Shown here: one piece after another, positions 4,469 through 8,126 of the stretch | Position numbering within the stretch: position 1 is the first letter of the stretch | Layout of the letters: each line of letters opens with the position of its first letter | Assembly (NCBI GenBank): GCA_020697515.1 | Contig: JAIXNB010000001.1 | Location: 1 to 8,126, forward strand | DNA: 8,126 nt | Reading direction: 5' to 3' | Source: Nanobdellota archaeon | GTDB taxonomy: Archaea; Nanobdellota; Nanobdellia; Nanobdellales; Nanobdellaceae | The notes under the pieces: generated by a model | Seen by the model: only the letters and a program-made list of their open reading frames with translations | Told to the model about the DNA's origin: nothing | The model's database searches: none | Program-made: the position numbers and the translations under genes

Positions 4469-6438
4469 GTAGAATAAAAAAAGAATACGACTTATACAGA
4501 GAGTATTACTTTGGGAATAGTGTAAAAATTTTTGAAAAGTTGGCAAAGCTCGCGGGCAAATATATAAAAATAAAAGTAGATCCTAAGAAGAAAAAAGAAT
4601 ACGAGAAAATCAATAGTGAGGTCCATTTAAAAGTTACAATAGAAGATATTTATGCCTTGGCTTCTCTATCTCTAGTTATATCCGTTATTATAGGACTGTT
4701 ACTCCTTATATTCTTAAAAAATCTTTTAATTGTTGTATTCTTTGCGATAATAGGTTTTCTTTTATATAATTTAATAATATATTATCCATCATTACTTTAC
4801 CAGATTCTTGAAAAGAAAAAGGAGGGGCAACTGGTCTTGGCAGTAATGTTTCTAGCAATGAAGTTATTAGAAAATCCTAATCTTGAGGTAGCATTTGAAC
4901 ACACTGCTAAGCATTTATCACCCCCACTAAATCTAGACTTCCTAAGATTATTGTGGGATACATACAATAAGAAATATGCATCGCTGTATGAAGCTATAGA
5001 TATTTACTTAAAGAGATGGGAAGATAAAGCATACCACTTCGTTATCGGAATGCAATTGTTAATATCTTCCCTATATGAAGTTGAACAAGTTAGAAGGGAG
5101 ATGTTAATAGATAAAGCAGTGGAGGAGATGCTGAATCATTTATATGAGCGAATGTCTTTTTATGTTAGGGAACTTCAAAGTCCGATAAACCTAATATATA
5201 TGCTTGGAATAGTACTCCCGACCCTTTTGTTAACTTTATTCCCCTTAATATCTGTATTAATGGCAGATATCTTCTCACCGGGTTTCCTTTTATTTATGTT
5301 CGATGTAGCTATCCCATTCATTGTATTTATACTTATAAAGCAATATATTGAAGCCAAAAGAATAGAAGCTGTGTCTAAAGAAGATTTATACTTCTATTTA
5401 TACTTAAAGAAGAATGATATTAAATTTAAAATAATTTCAATTATGGCGGGGATCTTTATTACAATTCTAATCTTCTTTGGAGCAATATTCTTCTTAAAAA
5501 ATTTAATATTTGAGTATAGTATAATAGCCATTCTTGTATCCGGGATATTTATTTTATCATTAGGCTTAGGGATATCTTTCGGGAGTTTTCTTTACTATAA
5601 TTTTTATAGATCATTTGATAAAAGGTTGGATATAATTGAAAAAGAGTTATCATCCTTCTTATTTTCCCTAGGTAATGCTCTAAATAAAAACATCCCACTA
5701 GAATCTGCTATTATCTCTATATATCCAAGATTTAAGAAAAAAGAAATAGGAAAGTTTATTGCAACAATATATAGGAATATAAGGATATTTAATATGTCTA
5801 TATATGATGCAATTTTTGATAAAGAAAGAGGAGCACTAATAAAATTCCCATCCTCATATTTAGAAGCTGCTATGGAAGTTATCATAGAAAGTTCTAAAGT
5901 ATCTCCAAAATCAGCGGCAAAAGCCGCTATAGCTATCTCAAGATACTTTTTATATTTGGAGAGAGTAAAGCTTAGACTTTTAGATCTAACTGCAGAAGTT
6001 ACTTCACAAATGAAATCTTTAGCAAAGATATTAGCTCCAACAATATTAGCTATAATTGTTGCTGTTGCTATCATGTCATTAGTGATTCTCTACAAGTTAG
6101 GAATAGCCATAGAAAACATTAGAGATGTATACTCTATAGGAGGAGAGTATGATTATTATTCTTTTGTTTCATTAGAGATTCTCGATCTTCTTACATTTAA
6201 AGGTACAGTCTCTCCAGCCACAATCTACATAGTAGTTGGTATATTCAATATAGTATCAACAATATTAATTGCATATATGCTCAATATTATAGAAAATGGA
6301 AAAAATACTATAAAAGAGAAGAAGTATATCTATGAATACCTATTGGTATCTTCTATACTATTTTTTATAGTAGCTACATTTGGAAGTATTGCACTTTGGA
6401 TGTTTGCGGAAACTATGATGTCAGCGATAATATCTTAG
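4447..6438 (+). CDS. Polytopic membrane platform protein, FlaJ/ArlJ-TadC/PilC (T2SS-F) type, 663 aa
   Basis: The ATG at 4447 overlaps the ATPase stop by 22 nt. I count about 9 hydrophobic segments by eye, arranged 2+4+3. They are separated by two soluble blocks of about 120-130 aa (residues about 125-250 and 395-520). The second block contains LSSFLFSLGNALNKNIPLESAI, which is typical of the duplicated cytoplasmic T2SS-F domain. The position directly downstream of the secretion ATPase is the conserved arrangement. Confidence 0.88.
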   Translation: MVGAADLSRIKKEYDLYREYYFGNSVKIFEKLAKLAGKYIKIKVDPKKKKEYEKINSEVHLKVTIEDIYALASLSLVISVIIGLLLLIFLKNLLIVVFFAIIGFLLYNLIIYYPSLLYQILEKKKEGQLVLAVMFLAMKLLENPNLEVAFEHTAKHLSPPLNLDFLRLLWDTYNKKYASLYEAIDIYLKRWEDKAYHFVIGMQLLISSLYEVEQVRREMLIDKAVEEMLNHLYERMSFYVRELQSPINLIYMLGIVLPTLLLTLFPLISVLMADIFSPGFLLFMFDVAIPFIVFILIKQYIEAKRIEAVSKEDLYFYLYLKKNDIKFKIISIMAGIFITILIFFGAIFFLKNLIFEYSIIAILVSGIFILSLGLGISFGSFLYYNFYRSFDKRLDIIEKELSSFLFSLGNALNKNIPLESAIISIYPRFKKKEIGKFIATIYRNIRIFNMSIYDAIFDKERGALIKFPSSYLEAAMEVIIESSKVSPKSAAKAAIAISRYFLYLERVKLRLLDLTAEVTSQMKSLAKILAPTILAIIVAVAIMSLVILYKLGIAIENIRDVYSIGGEYDYYSFVSLEILDLLTFKGTVSPATIYIVVGIFNIVSTILIAYMLNIIENGKNTIKEKKYIYEYLLVSSILFFIVATFGSIALWMFAETMMSAIIS

Positions 6439-7089
6439 GTAGAAATGTGTAATCGCATTTATTTTTCTATTTAATATGTCATCTATTAATCTAGGACATG
6501 CAAAGACAACCCAAAATTCTATTTGAGGAAAGTTCTGAAATTCATCAAAATCTATATTATCCGTAATAAATAAGTATACATCTTTATTTTCATCTTTTAG
6601 AATTTTCTTCCAATATAACAACTTGTTATAAAAATACTGTCCAGGTTTTACCGATGTAACAAGACCTACAACTTTACTACTTTTTAATTTATTGAGTAAA
6701 ATATAGATTCTTTTCATGAATATGGGATCGGGAGATAAAACTTTAATATCTCCTGTTAATGGGCTATAAACTATTACTTTTTTGTCAAACCTACGAGCAA
6801 TCTCTGTAGGATGAAATAACCCTTCTCCAATAAATAATATAGTGTCTACAGGAATATTAGCTGCTAAAGGATCACAACCAAGAACCTGCATACTATATTC
6901 CATATATGGACTTTTTCCAATATGAACTATATATCCTCTTTTGGATAATTCTTCTTTGATTATTTGAGCAATATCTAAAAATTGTAAAGTAGTGGTTACT
7001 CCAATTTCTTTTGGTAATATATCTAACAATTTGTTAAAATTTTTCAGTTCATTGATTCTATATCTAATCTCGATATAATATATATCCAT
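6421..7089 (-). CDS. dph2: Dph2-like 2-(3-amino-3-carboxypropyl)histidine synthase (diphthamide biosynthesis), domains 2-3 only (222 aa); N-terminally truncated or split
   Basis: The segment EIGVTTTLQFLDIAQIIKEELSKRGYIVHIGK..MQVLGCDPLAA..ILFIGEGLFHPTEIA..VVFACPRLIDD matches, from memory, the central and C-terminal parts of archaeal Dph2 (..IIVTTTAQH..QVLGC..LFIGSGIFHP..VVVACPR.. in the Pyrococcus enzyme). The roughly 100-aa first domain with the first Fe-S Cys ligand is absent. The gene's 3' end overlaps the convergent platform gene by 18 nt. Confidence 0.8.
   Translation of the reverse strand: MDIYYIEIRYRINELKNFNKLLDILPKEIGVTTTLQFLDIAQIIKEELSKRGYIVHIGKSPYMEYSMQVLGCDPLAANIPVDTILFIGEGLFHPTEIARRFDKKVIVYSPLTGDIKVLSPDPIFMKRIYILLNKLKSSKVVGLVTSVKPGQYFYNKLLYWKKILKDENKDVYLFITDNIDFDEFQNFPQIEFWVVFACPRLIDDILNRKINAITHFYLRYYR
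6458..6466 (+). terminator. Oligo-T tract, candidate archaeal terminator for the ATPase/platform operon
   Basis: The sequence tttattttt lies 20-28 nt after the TAG at 6436-6438. Archaeal termination commonly occurs at T-runs. The tract lies inside the convergent Dph2-like CDS, so the evidence is positional only. Confidence 0.3.
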
Positions 7090-7333
7090 ATATATTTCTA
7101 ATTTAGTTTAAACCTTAGTTTTACTATCCTCTATATATCTATTTCTATCCAAAGTTTTTAAGATATTTCGTTGTATACATACTCACTAATACATAATAGA
7201 TTGTTAAGGGTTAACTAGCACTAAATTAAGCTAAAAAATGGTTTTTGTAAAACTTAGTTGTGATAGATATATTTCTTAGAACATCTCTTCTTGAGGTAGA
7301 TATTAGTTATGGAAGTCTAAATTAAAATTCTAG

Positions 7334-7813
7334 TTATTTACTTTGTAGTTTTTGATATAATTTAAATATTCTATCTCCATAATAGTGTAAATTTCTTATT
7401 ACTTTACCTTTATTCATCTTTTGTATCTCTTCGTAGGCATATAAGGATAATCCTAAAGCTAATAATTTCTCATCTTCAGAAATTATGATAACTGCTTTAT
7501 CTCTCTTTATTTCTTTATCAACCTTTGTTATCCCTGGTCTAAAAACATCTGCACCATTTAATATTTTCTCCTTTGCCCCTCTATCTACAACTATATATGG
7601 GATCTTAAAATCATGATCTATTAGTAACAAGAGTGTAGGAAATATTTTCTTACCATAAATAAATGCAATAGGTTTGCGATTTAATATATACACTCTATTT
7701 TTATCATCAAAGATAATATTTTCTTTTTTTAATTTAACTCTGAAATATATAGAATACTCTTTCTCTAGAACCTCTTGTAGTATTCTTTTTTCTTTATTAG
7801 ATAATGGTCGCAT
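7334..7813 (-). CDS. PUA-domain RNA-binding protein (MCT-1/Tma20-like small archaeal PUA protein), 159 aa
   Basis: This is a track ORF with ATG at 7811-7813. The C-terminal half, VVDRGAKEKILNGADVFRPGITKVDKEIKRDKAVIIISEDEKLLALGLSLYAYEEI..KGKVIRNLHYYGD, carries the characteristic PUA pattern (V-D-x-GA-x-x-x-L-x-GA-D-V-x-x-PGI ... A-x-G). The size and pre-PUA N-terminal half fit the standalone archaeal family. Confidence 0.85.
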   Translation of the reverse strand: MRPLSNKEKRILQEVLEKEYSIYFRVKLKKENIIFDDKNRVYILNRKPIAFIYGKKIFPTLLLLIDHDFKIPYIVVDRGAKEKILNGADVFRPGITKVDKEIKRDKAVIIISEDEKLLALGLSLYAYEEIQKMNKGKVIRNLHYYGDRIFKLYQKLQSK

Positions 7814-7823
7814 AAACTTTTAA

Positions 7824-8126
7824 TTAATTAATATACATAAGCCTCTCCACCCCAAAGGACGGAGCTTCCTCCGTTCTACCTCTCTTTACAGTTACGGCTT
7901 TATACGAAGGTTTGGGGGGCTCACTCCTCTCCCATCCCGACGGACTCATTATCTGTCGGGCTATATTTATTGCGAAGTTCAGATCTCTATTATATTTTAA
8001 TCTACAATTAAAACATACGATCATTCTACCTTCAATTCGGGTTTGAAGCAGTTTCTGATTTAGGTAGCATTTAACCATTTTCAATATTTTTTAATACCCT
8101 TTAGAGCAATTAGGTATGCGAAAGAA
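7824..8126 (-). pseudogene. tnpB: Decayed 3' remnant of an IS200/IS605-family tnpB (OrfB/IS1341-type) gene, running off the right window edge
   Basis: The track ORF (TTG start at 8084) encodes ..RMIVCFNCRLKYNRDLNFAINIARQ... This is the second Cys pair of the OrfB zinc ribbon followed by the RuvC-III D-R-D-x-N-A-A-x-N-I motif. Manual upstream translation (8126-8085) gives FFRIPNCSKGY*KI, a degenerate first 'CSKCGY' Cys pair interrupted by an in-frame TAA (8091-8093). There is therefore no intact full-length ORF. Confidence 0.7.
7841..7960. ncRNA. G+C-rich structured element at the 3' end of the tnpB remnant (omega-RNA / sotRNA / HgcC-like candidate); strand unresolved
   Basis: I count 67 G+C in 120 nt (56%), against 11 G+C in 60 nt for 7341-7400. 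Hairpin A pairs 7857-7864 with 7869-7876 around a 4-nt loop. Hairpin B pairs 7936-7943 with 7953-7960 around a 9-nt loop. A 7-bp long-range helix, CCCCAAA 7850-7856 with TTTGGGG 7911-7917, encloses hairpin A. The motif CCTCTCC occurs twice (7842-7848 and 7925-7931). Confidence 0.5.

Noticed and set aside
5604-6074. 156-aa minus-strand ORF (and 60-aa ORF at 5175-5357) antisense to the platform gene
   Set aside because: The length is notable for AT-rich DNA. However, in this antisense frame a stop requires a sense Tyr, His or Gln codon preceded by a T/C-ending codon. The Tyr codons I checked by hand in this stretch all follow A-ending codons, so the open frame is a codon-usage by-product. The sense-strand product has clear T2SS-F architecture.
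7090-7333. Search for a degraded Dph2 N-terminal domain, an ORB-like origin element, a tRNA or a small ORF in the 244-nt spacer
   Set aside because: All minus-strand frames are riddled with stops. Only a 13-codon + strand ORF (ATG at 7238) is present. The only repeats are short A/T-rich heptamers (for example CTTAGTT twice), consistent with chance. No G+C-rich core suggests a structured RNA.
7824-8084. 86-aa track ORF taken as an intact small gene
   Set aside because: It starts at a TTG directly downstream of an in-frame TAA that interrupts a recognisable TnpB zinc-ribbon. Its C-terminal half (..SPSGWERSEPPKPSYKAVTVKRGRTEEAPSFGVERLMYIN) is translation through the G+C-rich structured element. 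It is best read as a pseudogene fragment.
1-8126. CRISPR arrays, rRNA/tRNA genes, long direct or inverted repeats
   Set aside because: By eye I found no regularly spaced repeats, no tRNA-like T-arm/acceptor pattern and no rRNA-like conserved blocks. The only repeat-like signals are the short CCTCTCC duplication inside the G+C island and compositional repetition in the Gln-rich coding segment.

Overview
AT-rich archaeal-type window, roughly 30% G+C by eye. Genes are tightly packed or overlapping, with A/T-rich TATA-like boxes about 25-35 nt upstream of the ATGs and no obvious Shine-Dalgarno motifs, which suggests largely leaderless transcripts. The centre (734-6438) holds two divergent operons separated by only 36 bp. 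On the + strand are an unusually long FlaI/ArlI-PilB-type secretion ATPase (743 aa) and an overlapping 9-TM FlaJ/ArlJ-TadC-type platform protein (663 aa). On the - strand is a translationally coupled trio: a 125-aa coiled-coil protein, a 229-aa protein with a Gln-rich low-complexity domain plus a coiled coil, and a 140-aa membrane-anchored six-Cys ectoprotein. No canonical pilin/archaellin, prepilin peptidase or ArlH/F/G is visible in the window, so this is my candidate for a non-canonical type IV filament-related system. The flanks hold four further elements. One is the 5' part of an ADP-forming acyl-CoA synthetase alpha subunit. The second is a Dph2-like diphthamide synthase gene lacking its entire first domain. 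The third is a PUA-domain RNA-binding protein. The fourth is a decayed IS200/IS605 TnpB 3' remnant overlapping a 120-nt G+C-rich structured element (omega-RNA/HgcC-like). No homology search could be run: all family assignments come from motif recognition by eye and need HMM confirmation.
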